Under the pieces are notes generated by a model that was not told where the DNA came from, did no database searches, and saw only the letters and a program-made list of their open reading frames with translations. From Wickerhamiella versatilis (Eukaryota): DNA of 64,000 nucleotides. Location of the stretch: NCBI GenBank assembly GCA_030867685.1, contig JAQOWU010000003.1, forward strand, positions 992,001-1,056,000, in the 5' to 3' direction. A program made the translations under genes and the position numbers. Shown here one piece after another: positions 43,187 to 53,635 of the stretch; positions within the stretch are counted from its first letter, which is position 1, and each line of letters opens with the position of its first letter.

Positions 43187-44270
43187 TTCAGTGTAAAGTC
43201 AATGAGAAGCAACAACTAAGTACTCTCTCTGTAAAAAGATTTTTTTGGTTCTTTCCTTCGCTGGTTTTCCTTTTGGTAACGACCTTTTCCCCCCAGTCAG
43301 GCCCTGAGCTAGTGAGAAGATGGGATGATTTGTCGTCTTTATCATTCTTTCGTCACCGGGTAAGGGGTTAGCTCTTGTAAGCAATTCTTTGATACAAAGG
43401 AGGCAATTCAGGCGAAGTTAAGAACTTAAATTATTTTATTTGTACTTTTTGGTATGTTATACTCTATTAAATCTCACTGGCTTGTTTCATGGAGGTCTCA
43501 GGGGCCCTATATCTTGGGTTACTAATCGTTGCCTGGGCATCTAATTTGATTTACCTGCCACAGATGGTCGTAGGAATGAGATACCAGTAAAAATTTTTTG
43601 TGACCGCGACTATATGTATTGATTCATTTCGGCTTTTTAAGTTCCTGCTATTATCATCTAATTAGAAATAATATGTGATCTTTTTGCCAAGCCTACCAGC
43701 GCAAAATCCCCTGGCATCATCCCTGCAACGCATTAATAATAAATATGATCAACTAATTTTAGGGCAAGGAGAATAGTTGAATGGAAGAAGTTGACATTCT
43801 GGGTCCCTCTTGTGTTGGTCTTAATTGCTAACTCTTTTTTTTTCGGATTGATCCACGACACTTGATCACGTCTCTTCTACTGTGGTGGGGATAACCTGGC
43901 TTGTGGGTAAGGGCCGGTGCTGGTCGTTTTCAGCCCCATGTTATTAGACAGATTGTGATCTGGCTTAAGATGAGTAATTTTGATGTAAATTGATTAATCC
44001 GCTAGAAGGTTTAAAAATTAATTAAAAACAACCAGTTGTATGAGTCTTTATCCGTGTGCTGATTCGATGCCCGGATTCATCGTTAAGCCCAGGATCGGCA
44101 AGGGCTGGTACTCATACTTTAGATGACTGGAAGAAAAGTTACTTCACCACAATATGTTCTACTTAAACTATCACCATAAATTACACCTATCAGCTGGCAC
44201 GGAGCATTTGAGGCTTTGACGGTTCTTAATTATATTATCTATGCCTTACAAGCCGAGCATATCATATCAA

Positions 44271-46610
44271 TCATATCCTCGTTTCTAGAAAATGAAGCAT
44301 TTCATCTTTGGAGAGAGTCCAGCCCCCAGGCAAGTTGCGTGGCATGCGCTTGTCGGTCTCTTTTGGATCCAACAATTTCAAAAGCCCAATCTTCTCCTCC
44401 GATGCCAGCATCGGCTGATTATTTTTATGAATTTGGCTTTCATGCTTACCCTCTTGACTGCCATTCATGGATGCTTCCTTGGCCAATGTAGGCTTCTCTT
44501 CGGCTTGTACTGAATTTAGTTGCAAGTTCTCGCCACTTGGTTCTTTTAGCAGCGACAGAAGTTCATTCTTCCCACCAGGTTTCGCTTCGTTCCTCCCCTG
44601 AGGTTTCACCGCAGTCCTACTCGAATTTTTATCGCTGTCACTTTCTGTCAATTGCGAGGACTGACCTCGACTATCCTGTAACAACTCAAGCAAGGAATTC
44701 TGTCGTTGTTTTGACGATGGCTGAGCATTACGAGTGGATGATTTATCTTCCAACGGCTGATTTTTATCTTTTGGTACGACTGAATCAGCTCCTTTCTCAC
44801 TTTCGTCCTTGGGGTCTTTGTCGCCTTTAGCATCTTTAACGTCTTTGCTGTGGTCTGATAATGTAGATCCCAGGCCTGGATCACTCAAGGGATTGGGTTT
44901 CTGCTTGTGTTCATGTTCGTGAAGAGTGGTGTCCTGCAGCAAACTAAGAAGTGAATTATTCCTTTCCGGGATAGTATTATCTTTGATTGGCGCAGTCGGT
45001 AAGGCAGCAACAGGCTCTTTTCCGGGGCGTTTAAGCAATGACAACAGTTTATTACCTGCAATCTCTCCATTGTCTCCACTTATGTTGCTTTCATGCGTAT
45101 CGTCCTTAGGATCATGGGTTGGCAGATCTTGTGAGGTGTTACTTTGGTTATTAGCAAAAGTTCTGCCAGTTCCCTTAATCATGGATAATAAAGAGCTTCC
45201 CTCATCAGATTTCGAATCCCTTTCGTTGTTTCCAGTTTTATTGTCACGAGATGCACTTTTGGCATCAGAATGAGATATTTCCCCGTCATTTCTCGGTTGC
45301 ATCTTATCCTGAAGTCCATCTAGAGCCCCTCCTTCGCCATTGCCCCTTTCAGGTTTAGTCGAAGTAGGACTCTTGATCATTGAAAGTAATTTCTTTCCTT
45401 CGTCGTTCTCCGACTGTGATTGTGAAGACTCAGTATGCTTCGGGTTGGACTTGGCTTTAGATTCTGTGGATTCACCAATCAGATCGAGTAATCCGTTCCG
45501 CCTTGAGCCTGCACTGGATCCAGAGACACGTAAAATCGACGGCCTAGCAGTGCCGCTTCGCCGAGCATTTACTAGAGACTGCAACATATCATTGGGAGGT
45601 AATTGCGGGGCTTGCGTCGTCTTATGCCGTTGTTGCGTGGTACTAATTTCTGTTGGCCCCTGAATCACATTCTCGGTGGCAATTTCACCTCTTAGCAATC
45701 CCAGAGCGTTTTGTGCTGCATCCAACCGCGAACCAGGACCCTTCAGCAAGTCAATAAGAGGGTTACTATTTCCTTTGATCAACTTGAGCAGGCGTTCCGC
45801 AGTTTCCTTATCGTCTCGGACTGTGTCTTTACCACGAACATCAAGGAGCTTCTTGAGTGACTCGCTCTCAGACGAAGAAAGTGAAGAGGCGAGACCCTTC
45901 GCTTTGGCAATATATTTCTTGAGCCCATTCATGAACGGTGTAGCAGTATAATAATGTGTGCTGGCCTTTCGATTAAAGACAGGAAGCCGATTGATGGAAT
46001 GCCACTCTATTTTGGAAATCTCTTTTCGAGTTTGGGTTTCAAATACCGTGGATTCGGGAACTCCTCGTACTATGTAAAGTCTTATATTTTTTCCACCTCT
46101 TGTTATTTCAAGGTAGTCGTCGCTACGCAGAAATGGCGTCATATCGAAGCCTGTCTCCTCACGTACTTCTCGAACTGCACAGGCTTCATCAGGTTCGTTT
46201 TTGTTAATCTTTCCCTTTGGAAATCCCCAAGATGAACCCTTCCACCCTCTCACCAATAGTACTTTGTCGATTCGTTCGTTCAAGATTATGCCACCGCGTA
46301 CGGGTATGCTTTTCTTGTAATGTTGGAATTGAAGGAGTGCTTGCAGGGGATCACCACCCGCAAATGAGTTCAATAATGGCACAACTTCGAATAATCGCTC
46401 AACGAACGTCTTAATTTTCATACTAGGCAAAGCGGGGTTCTCAACCCGGGCGAAATCCTCATAGAACCAGTGTGCCTCTTCTATCTGAAAAAAGAGACGC
46501 TCATTGGTCGCAGTATCTTCAGTTGGACAGTTCAAGACAAACCTTACAGCTAAATCCACTAACACGTTTCCGAGAGTGTCATCTCGATAGCTGTAGTCCA
46601 AGACCAGCAT
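44271..46610 (-). CDS. DCP2: mRNA decapping enzyme catalytic subunit
   Basis: Box A (FFQIEEAHWFYEDF), Nudix box (GFPKGKINKNE...REVREETG), TRKEISKIEW and a disordered tail with leucine motifs. Confidence 0.96.
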   Translation of the reverse strand: MLVLDYSYRDDTLGNVLVDLAVRFVLNCPTEDTATNERLFFQIEEAHWFYEDFARVENPALPSMKIKTFVERLFEVVPLLNSFAGGDPLQALLQFQHYKKSIPVRGGIILNERIDKVLLVRGWKGSSWGFPKGKINKNEPDEACAVREVREETGFDMTPFLRSDDYLEITRGGKNIRLYIVRGVPESTVFETQTRKEISKIEWHSINRLPVFNRKASTHYYTATPFMNGLKKYIAKAKGLASSLSSSESESLKKLLDVRGKDTVRDDKETAERLLKLIKGNSNPLIDLLKGPGSRLDAAQNALGLLRGEIATENVIQGPTEISTTQQRHKTTQAPQLPPNDMLQSLVNARRSGTARPSILRVSGSSAGSRRNGLLDLIGESTESKAKSNPKHTESSQSQSENDEGKKLLSMIKSPTSTKPERGNGEGGALDGLQDKMQPRNDGEISHSDAKSASRDNKTGNNERDSKSDEGSSLLSMIKGTGRTFANNQSNTSQDLPTHDPKDDTHESNISGDNGEIAGNKLLSLLKRPGKEPVAALPTAPIKDNTIPERNNSLLSLLQDTTLHEHEHKQKPNPLSDPGLGSTLSDHSKDVKDAKGDKDPKDESEKGADSVVPKDKNQPLEDKSSTRNAQPSSKQRQNSLLELLQDSRGQSSQLTESDSDKNSSRTAVKPQGRNEAKPGGKNELLSLLKEPSGENLQLNSVQAEEKPTLAKEASMNGSQEGKHESQIHKNNQPMLASEEKIGLLKLLDPKETDKRMPRNLPGGWTLSKDEMLHFLETRI

Positions 46611-46646
46611 CTGTCCTTGAACACGTAATCAAGCTATCCGCGAAGG

Positions 46647-47462
46647 ATGCTCGATTCCTCAAAGGCAAAGTTTCTACTTGCTATTGAAGAAATTCAATAT
46701 GCTAGTAGTAAGGATGAGGTTCAGGAGAAGGTGGACTCTGTGTGTATGGAACTTGGTAGTTTTCAGGATACTGCCCGTGTCAATATTTTTGAAGGAAAGC
46801 CATCTGACCTCTTTGTAGAATTATGCGTACAACGTATTAGAGAGGCCCAGGTAATTGCTATGAGAAGAATATTTGACTACAACCATAATATACCAGTATC
46901 TGCCACTGCGGAAAAAGAAGAGGGTGCAAAGCCGTCTGTGCCCCTCGAGGAAGATCAGCATCTCACAAAATCTAAAGATATCACGCAAACGCTACGTCGC
47001 ATTCATCAAATGGCCCAGGGCGAAGTTTTACGTAGTGAATTGAATGTGCAAGAGCTAGATGTCGGCTCCAGCGGCTTGGTGGAATTACAGCAACGTTATT
47101 CGGTTGTCGACGTCTTGCTAAATGGCTCCAGACAGCTTGTAAAGGTGCTCGACGAAGCAGATGCCTGGGATAGGCGTAAGATGCAATTTGCTTTGAGTTT
47201 TCTGGCAGCTTGTCTAGCTTGGGTGTTATGGCGGCGAGTTTTTGGCCCACCTATACGATTTCTGGTATGGTCATTTCTAAAGTTGATCGGAATTGTGAAA
47301 TATGGAGCAAGTTGGGCCCCAGAATTCCCACAGGATTCGCTAAAAGCCACAGCAGATACTCTGCTTGCGACAAGCGCCGCTTCGGTGACCGTTCCTTCAC
47401 ATGAGACTGAGTCGATTTTGTCCACCGCCACGTTACCAAACGAAGCCCATGTAGATCTTTAA
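46647..47462 (+). CDS. SEC20: ER SNARE Sec20
   Basis: SKDITQTLRR, SNARE-like coil, transmembrane segment ending WVLWRRV, and a luminal tail ending HVDL. Confidence 0.85.
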   Translation: MLDSSKAKFLLAIEEIQYASSKDEVQEKVDSVCMELGSFQDTARVNIFEGKPSDLFVELCVQRIREAQVIAMRRIFDYNHNIPVSATAEKEEGAKPSVPLEEDQHLTKSKDITQTLRRIHQMAQGEVLRSELNVQELDVGSSGLVELQQRYSVVDVLLNGSRQLVKVLDEADAWDRRKMQFALSFLAACLAWVLWRRVFGPPIRFLVWSFLKLIGIVKYGASWAPEFPQDSLKATADTLLATSAASVTVPSHETESILSTATLPNEAHVDL

Positions 47463-47495
47463 TTTCTATGCATGAATAATTTACATATTGTCCTT

Positions 47496-48545
47496 CTAGT
47501 CCCGCCAGCTAACCAATACATCATCTGTTCTAAATCTTTGTGTGCAGACGCTGTCCTCGACAGGTGTGCTCTGGCCCACTCGATATGCTAGCAATCCAGC
47601 TTGGGCTATCATTATACCATTGTCGATGCAAAACCTTTCGTCTGTTGCATGTACAGATCCACCTCTATCTTGCGCCATAGCTCCCATCATCTGCTGAAGT
47701 CTTTCGTTACAGCCTACGCCACCAACTATAAGTACTTGGTTGGATTCCACATGTGCCATTGCCCGCTCAGTTATCTCTACAAGCATGGCAAAAAGTGTCT
47801 CTTGTAGTGAATAACACAGGTCTTCAGCAGTGTACTTACCCATGACACTTTCCGCATAAGCAAGAATCCCAGACATGCTCAAATCCATCCCTTTGACAGT
47901 ATAGGGAAGAGGCACGTACTTCGCCCCTTCCTTCTTAGCGAGTTGTTCTATGTTATATCCCGGACTCGGATCATTGGGTATTCTAATTACTCGAGCAAAC
48001 CTGTCCAGGCAGTTTCCCACCGCAATGTCCAGTGTCTCACCGAATATACGATAGCGTTGCTGTGAGTATGCAATTACCTGAGTATTCCCGCCCGAAACAT
48101 AAAGAACTACAGGATTCGTAGCTCCTGTGATTTCTCGACCCATCTCTATATGTCCAACACAATGATTTACCCCTACAAGCGGCTTGTTGTAGAGTTCGGC
48201 TAGTATTCGTGCCGCGATCACAACTGAGTTTAGTGGTGCACCCATCCCTGGTCCCTGCGTAAAGCAGACGCAGTCAAGATCAGCTGGCATGATGTTGGCT
48301 TCTTTTAACGCTAGCTTTATTAGCCTGACTACCCAGTTTCTGTGATGCTTCGCGGTATCCCGTGGTAAAAACCCTTCACCGGGGGGAGCATGATAAGTAT
48401 CCCTCACATTGCTTAGGATTTCTGCTGGCTTTTCTGTTGAAGCATATTGCTTCATTACTCCCACGCCGAGCTTATTCGCTGATCCTTCCAGGCCAAGCGC
48501 CAAATAAAAACCTCTCTCCGGTAAGAATCTGTTTAAATTCACCAT
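47496..48545 (-). CDS. KAE1: KEOPS catalytic subunit, tRNA threonylcarbamoyltransferase
   Basis: [42 protein letters not shown] and QRFRTD. Confidence 0.98.
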   Translation of the reverse strand: MVNLNRFLPERGFYLALGLEGSANKLGVGVMKQYASTEKPAEILSNVRDTYHAPPGEGFLPRDTAKHHRNWVVRLIKLALKEANIMPADLDCVCFTQGPGMGAPLNSVVIAARILAELYNKPLVGVNHCVGHIEMGREITGATNPVVLYVSGGNTQVIAYSQQRYRIFGETLDIAVGNCLDRFARVIRIPNDPSPGYNIEQLAKKEGAKYVPLPYTVKGMDLSMSGILAYAESVMGKYTAEDLCYSLQETLFAMLVEITERAMAHVESNQVLIVGGVGCNERLQQMMGAMAQDRGGSVHATDERFCIDNGIMIAQAGLLAYRVGQSTPVEDSVCTQRFRTDDVLVSWRD

Positions 48546-48646
48546 GATGACTCATGCTGGGCGAACGGTGTAACCCATTCTTTTTATCGAGCGAACCATA
48601 TTGCATTATTTTGTACCTTCCAAAGGCATTAATTCGTGGTGTATTT

Positions 48647-49285
48647 TCATAGAGTAGGCTTCTCTACCTCTAACTCCTTTATTCTGATGTGGGCATCCTC
48701 TATTTGTTTGTTCACCGAATTCAATCCCTGTTGCAACTTGTCCAACTCTTCTGCTTCAGTTTGATAGCTAAATGGAAGCTCAGGCTTTAATGGTCGGGGA
48801 AGTAGTACTGCACCTGCCCTACTCATGAGTACGTCGAGCATAGGCTCAGTTGGTTCATTAAATACAAGCTCTTCATAAAGTATTGACTCCACTGGCTGTG
48901 GTTTCGGGGGATTAGAAAGGTCTGCGCCATAGGGATGAAGCTTCAGATGATGATAAAGAACTGTCTTTTTCTCCGCGGAAACCGGTGTGAAGTATATGCT
49001 TATTTGAACCTCGAACTCACCCCACCCTGTCTCTGTGACCTCAAATGGAGGTTGATCTATAGTACGCATCGGTTGATGGTATGTATCATGCAGTTTAAAC
49101 ACCACTTTCTTGATCATGTATGATAGATCATCCTTGCCTGCAGGATCCCGGATGAAGACCGTCCACTTATGAGTATGATCTTGAGGTGTGTCTTTGCGGC
49201 GATCTTTGGCTTCCAGTGGGACTGTCAGGTTGCCGTATTCCACGGGCCTAGCGATAGATACTCCGCGAACTCGTGAAGATACCAT
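48647..49285 (-). CDS. YAF9: YEATS-domain NuA4/SWR1 subunit
   Basis: HTHKWTVF, KVVFKLHDTY, PPFEVTETGWGEFE and a C-terminal coiled coil. Confidence 0.95.
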   Translation of the reverse strand: MVSSRVRGVSIARPVEYGNLTVPLEAKDRRKDTPQDHTHKWTVFIRDPAGKDDLSYMIKKVVFKLHDTYHQPMRTIDQPPFEVTETGWGEFEVQISIYFTPVSAEKKTVLYHHLKLHPYGADLSNPPKPQPVESILYEELVFNEPTEPMLDVLMSRAGAVLLPRPLKPELPFSYQTEAEELDKLQQGLNSVNKQIEDAHIRIKELEVEKPTL

Positions 49286-49558
49286 TTGTTATGTAATCCT
49301 GATGAGTGGATCTGTTTTATTCATATAGCTTCAATTTTATCTGTTGGTTCGGTCTATTGGGGTTTGTTTTCTTTTTGTTCTTTCATTTCACGTCTTCTTA
49401 TATATGCATGTAGATAAATATTATACTATGATTATCAGATGCAACTTCCCATATTATAATGTTAAATCAGACCACATAATACAGGACCCACAAGCAACAA
49501 ATCAAATCATTACAACCTTGTAGCTATATACAGACATCATACAATACATTACAAAGGG

Positions 49559-50215
49559 CTAATCTAGAGAAACGGGTAAAGATGTGCTCTCTGGGGATTT
49601 TATAATACATTTCGCAGAGCCCAATTTTGCAGCAAACGCAAGCGCCGCTTGAACATTTTCGACTAGATCAGAGGTATTCATTTTAGTATGCCCCACTATC
49701 ACAGAATGATATTTCTGAGGCCGGAGAACAAATTGAGTCGATTTGAGTGTTGCGCGAACCTGGTGTCTCACCTTGGCAGGATCGCCCAGTGTGATAACGA
49801 CAGGCAAATGACGGGAATGGGCATAAAAGGAGAGACCTAACACAGACTCCAACGGCCGTAAGACCTTATCTTGAACAAATATTGTTGTGAAAGCTTTACC
49901 GAACTCACGAGAACCAGACTTTCCGAGTCGCCTGCGCAGCTTTCCAACGCCAATGACTTCGTCAAATAGCCCATCAGTCATACGAGAATCACGCAGCTCT
50001 TTAATTACAGAACCAGAAGGATCTTTTACCACAAGACATGTACAAGTGTCATCGCTGCGCCGGAACTTGTGTGGTAGGCTGCATAGCAACGGGAAGTGGC
50101 TTCTTTCCTCAACAGGAGGAGAAGAAAATGATATTCCAAGATATACAAAGCCGACCAGGCGATCATTATGAGCTGCCTCCGCTTGCAGAGCTTCAACTGC
50201 TTCGCGGCATCCCAT
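49559..50215 (-). CDS. Ribosomal protein L1-domain biogenesis factor (Utp30/Cic1-like)
   Basis: LPH, CLVVKDP, VIGVGKL, LG.SFY...LPV, VGHTKM...LVENV and S.SLPV. Confidence 0.8.
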   Translation of the reverse strand: MGCREAVEALQAEAAHNDRLVGFVYLGISFSSPPVEERSHFPLLCSLPHKFRRSDDTCTCLVVKDPSGSVIKELRDSRMTDGLFDEVIGVGKLRRRLGKSGSREFGKAFTTIFVQDKVLRPLESVLGLSFYAHSRHLPVVITLGDPAKVRHQVRATLKSTQFVLRPQKYHSVIVGHTKMNTSDLVENVQAALAFAAKLGSAKCIIKSPESTSLPVSLD

Positions 50216-50274
50216 GTATTTTAAATACTTAAAAAAATAGTTCCTCTGGTAGGCTAAAGTGACTAATCACAGAG

Positions 50275-51636
50275 ATGGCAGAGGAGGTAGCCACGCATTG
50301 TGACTACCTTCCTATCATCTTTAGGCGCTGTGTCGCCGCAGTTTTAGGAACACACATACATTCAGACAGGAATGCATTTGAAAGAGTTGTAATGTTGGCG
50401 GAATCTCATCTAGAGGGCCTATTCTCAGAGTTGGCGAAGATCTGCCACGTTCAGCGTCGCCAGGAGCCCTGCCTTGAAGATCTTTCGGTTCTTCTTGCTG
50501 TAAAAAAAATCAACTTGTTCAGGCTTGATTCACAACGAACACTGCGTAGTGATTTAGTCGACGAGCTGAACCAGCTGCAATTTGCCTTAGAGCTCGAGCC
50601 CTTAGCGCCAGAAGCCATACCTTTTTATGATGCGGCACAAAATGACATGAATCTCAAAGCCATAGTTCCAAGTGTTCACAGAATGCCACCCCAGGTTCCA
50701 AAGTGGATGCCACCTTTGCCACCGGACCACACGTACATGTCGACACCACAGTACACGAATAGAGTCCGAGACTTAAGACAGACAAGGGAGGAATTAGTAG
50801 AGGAGGGAAGGTTAGCTGAAATGGCATTGCAACGCCTGCTTGGACAGAGCGGGTCCGCTTCGATAATTGAACTGGTTCCACAAGAGCCGGAAGAGGCATA
50901 TATGGGGCAGAATGATGGGGTCGAGGTTGTGGAGAATCCGAAACATGATTTGGCGATGGAAAGCGACCAGGTACCTGCAGACTTCCACGATGGGTTTACA
51001 AACGGAGAACCGGATCTTGAACCCCACGATCTATCCATGATGGGCGATGTGCCTAGCGTAAGAGATGGAGTAGATACAAATATGGTAGATGAACACCGAG
51101 AAGATCTACCTTCAGTGGAATCTCATCACAACGAGGCAACGCAAACGGAAAATAATGCGATAACAAACCCAGACGAGGCAGGAACCCACATAGTTGGAGA
51201 GAGAGACACACAAGAAGAAACACACACTACGACTGGCGAGGATCAGAATACTGCGCCAAAGATGGGTATCAAATTGAAACTCAATACTCCCAAAAAGGAG
51301 GAAAAAGTTGAGCCGGAGCAGACAACATCAAAGAAGGGTATATCTCTAAAACTGCACATCGGTCCAGCAAAACGGCCAATGAAAGTCGAAAATCCATTTA
51401 AAAAACGCCCTCGCGTGGATATTGAAGATCTTGCCCATAAGCTATCGGAAGAAGGGAAACTACTTCCTGTAAGCAATGGGCACACGGAAAATAACGGGGA
51501 AATGAATGGAATTGAAAACAATACAACTGAAAATGATAAGGCAACAGAAAAGAGAGATGATTTCGCCGGGGCCCAGGCTACCAGTAAGGAGGATTTGGGT
51601 AAGCTATTCGAGGAAGCATTAACAAGTGTAAGTTAA
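50275..51636 (+). CDS. TAF8: TFIID subunit Taf8
   Basis: N-terminal histone fold (QRRQEP..EDL) and the TAF8_C motif PKWMPPLPPDHTYMSTP...EEGRLAEMAL. Confidence 0.88.
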   Translation: MAEEVATHCDYLPIIFRRCVAAVLGTHIHSDRNAFERVVMLAESHLEGLFSELAKICHVQRRQEPCLEDLSVLLAVKKINLFRLDSQRTLRSDLVDELNQLQFALELEPLAPEAIPFYDAAQNDMNLKAIVPSVHRMPPQVPKWMPPLPPDHTYMSTPQYTNRVRDLRQTREELVEEGRLAEMALQRLLGQSGSASIIELVPQEPEEAYMGQNDGVEVVENPKHDLAMESDQVPADFHDGFTNGEPDLEPHDLSMMGDVPSVRDGVDTNMVDEHREDLPSVESHHNEATQTENNAITNPDEAGTHIVGERDTQEETHTTTGEDQNTAPKMGIKLKLNTPKKEEKVEPEQTTSKKGISLKLHIGPAKRPMKVENPFKKRPRVDIEDLAHKLSEEGKLLPVSNGHTENNGEMNGIENNTTENDKATEKRDDFAGAQATSKEDLGKLFEEALTSVS

Positions 51637-51742
51637 TAGCTCGCGCAGAGCTAACTCCCATTGAACTTGAAGAAGTAAAATTAATGCACTGTAACGTTAA
51701 ACGATATATAATTCACATAGGTCCTAGATTAGTAACACATAC

Positions 51743-53566
51743 ATGGCCACACCGGTGACATTACCAGTGAGCCTTATATATCCGGTGGAGGTTACGCAAC
51801 TCCTAAAAAGTCAAGGAGAACAAGTAAAAAAACGCGACGTGCTCCTGAAATACAAGTACTGGAATCTCGTCCCAGATGGTGTAGTAGAGGAAGGTGCACC
51901 GCCGCCGGATATGGTGAGAAAGGAGTTTTACGCAAATTTTGAAAGTCCGCTGGACGGAAGCTTAGTGAAATTCGATGTGAAAGCGGGAGACAGACTCAAT
52001 GACGACCGTACTCCCGTCTGTAGAATACAAGAGCCATGCGATCACAGTGTTCAATATGGTGGTCTCTGCGCGATATGTGGAGCATCTCTCGACGGACAGG
52101 ACTATACAGGGTGGTCAGACACAGACCGTGCACCAATTGCAATGACCCATGACACGTCGGGACTTACAGTGAGTCGAGTTGAGGCGGAGCGAATCGAAAA
52201 TACCTCCACAAAACGGCTTATATCTGAACAGAAACTCATTCTTGTTGTCGATTTAGACCAAACAGTTATACATGCCGCAGTAGATCCAAAAATCGGCGAA
52301 TGGATGCGAGATCCTGAATCTCCTAACTACGAGGCATGCAAGGAAGTAAAGACGTTCGCACTTCGGGAACCTACTCCTCCAGCTGCTAATATGAGCGGGA
52401 GACCCAGAGGATCGGAGGCAGTACACAACTGTACCTACTATGTAAAGCTCCGTCCAGGACTGGAGGAGTTTCTCGAAAAGGTTGCGCCATTGTATGAAAT
52501 GCATATCTATACCATGGCAACAAGAGCCTATGCAGCAGAGGTGGCGCATCAGATAGACCCAGAGGGTCGCTATTTTGGAAATCGGATTCTTACACGAGAA
52601 GAGTCGGGATCCCTACAGCAAAAGTCACTGCAAAGACTATTTCCAGTCACTACAAGACTTGTTGCTGTGATAGACGACCGTGGGGATGTTTGGGGGTGGG
52701 ATCCCCATCTTCTTAGAGTATTCCCATATCATTTCTTTACCGGTACGGGTGACATTAACTCTGGTTTCCTCCCACACCGCCAGGGCGTTGTTGAAGACAA
52801 CGGGGAGGATGAGCACGAGGGCCCGCCCTCTGAACATGGCGATAGGGAACTAGCTGCTCTTGGTGACCGGCTAACGGAGCTACATGACAAGTTTTTTGAA
52901 AAGCCACAAACTTCTGATGTTGCTACGCTTCTGCCAGCCCTAAAGCAGCGTGTGTTTGAGGGATGTGTGTTCCTCTTCAGTGGTATTTTCCCCATGGGTA
53001 CTCCTCTTGACTCTGCCGATATAGTTCTTTGGGTGCGTCAATTCGGAGCGTTCGTATTGGCCGATTTTGTGCCTTCTGTTACGCATGTTATAGCTAAAGA
53101 TGGCAGGACAACTAAAGCACGACAAGCTGCAGGAGCTTCTATTCCTGTTGTAAGGCTAGAGTGGCTTTTAGAATGCCTTCATAAATGGCAGAAGGTTCCT
53201 ACCAAATATTATGAAGTTAAAGTTACTGATCCATTGGAGCCACCATCAGAATCCCCACCCGCGGCGACCGGCGAAGGTCCTCAGAATGACATTGCAGAGA
53301 ACTTTGTACGTTCACTGAGTCGTGGTGATATGGATTGGGATGAAATGAATGAAGAGCTCAAGGAGTTCATGCCAGCCACGGATGATGAAGACGCTATTGA
53401 ATCCGAGCCAGAGGAAGAACCGCCTCGTGAATCCCGAAAACGGACCCGGGAGTCCGATGATGAAGAACAAGATACTGTCCATAATGGACCGTCTAAAAAG
53501 GCTGGTTCTGAACCTCATACGAGTGACGATGAATGGATTGCAGAACTTGAGCAATCTTTGGAGTAA
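51743..53566 (+). CDS. FCP1: RNA polymerase II CTD phosphatase
   Basis: EPCDHSVQYGGLCAICG, LVVDLDQT, YYVKLRPGL, IDDRGDVW and a BRCT domain. Confidence 0.97.
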   Translation: MATPVTLPVSLIYPVEVTQLLKSQGEQVKKRDVLLKYKYWNLVPDGVVEEGAPPPDMVRKEFYANFESPLDGSLVKFDVKAGDRLNDDRTPVCRIQEPCDHSVQYGGLCAICGASLDGQDYTGWSDTDRAPIAMTHDTSGLTVSRVEAERIENTSTKRLISEQKLILVVDLDQTVIHAAVDPKIGEWMRDPESPNYEACKEVKTFALREPTPPAANMSGRPRGSEAVHNCTYYVKLRPGLEEFLEKVAPLYEMHIYTMATRAYAAEVAHQIDPEGRYFGNRILTREESGSLQQKSLQRLFPVTTRLVAVIDDRGDVWGWDPHLLRVFPYHFFTGTGDINSGFLPHRQGVVEDNGEDEHEGPPSEHGDRELAALGDRLTELHDKFFEKPQTSDVATLLPALKQRVFEGCVFLFSGIFPMGTPLDSADIVLWVRQFGAFVLADFVPSVTHVIAKDGRTTKARQAAGASIPVVRLEWLLECLHKWQKVPTKYYEVKVTDPLEPPSESPPAATGEGPQNDIAENFVRSLSRGDMDWDEMNEELKEFMPATDDEDAIESEPEEEPPRESRKRTRESDDEEQDTVHNGPSKKAGSEPHTSDDEWIAELEQSLE

Positions 53567-53635
53567 CCGCAGGCGGTTGCTACTACTAGTTTTGAAGAAA
53601 AAAAATATAGTATATGTACGTTAATTTCGCAATTT

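Noticed and set aside
44050..44080. tRNA-like T-loop/B box (GATTCGATGCCC)
   Set aside because: It mismatches the GTTCRA consensus and no cloverleaf can be built.
3981..48545. QRI7 and KAE1 as a t6A gene cluster
   Set aside because: They are 42 kb apart with more than 20 unrelated genes between them. They are ancient paralogues, and co-occurrence is plausibly chance.
49467..49540. C/D box snoRNA candidate on the minus strand (ATGATGT...CTGA)
   Set aside because: Box C is imperfect, there is no terminal stem, and the 18S-like complement (GGTCCTGTATT) is not adjacent to box D. Likely just the 3' UTR of the upstream gene; snoscan would settle it.
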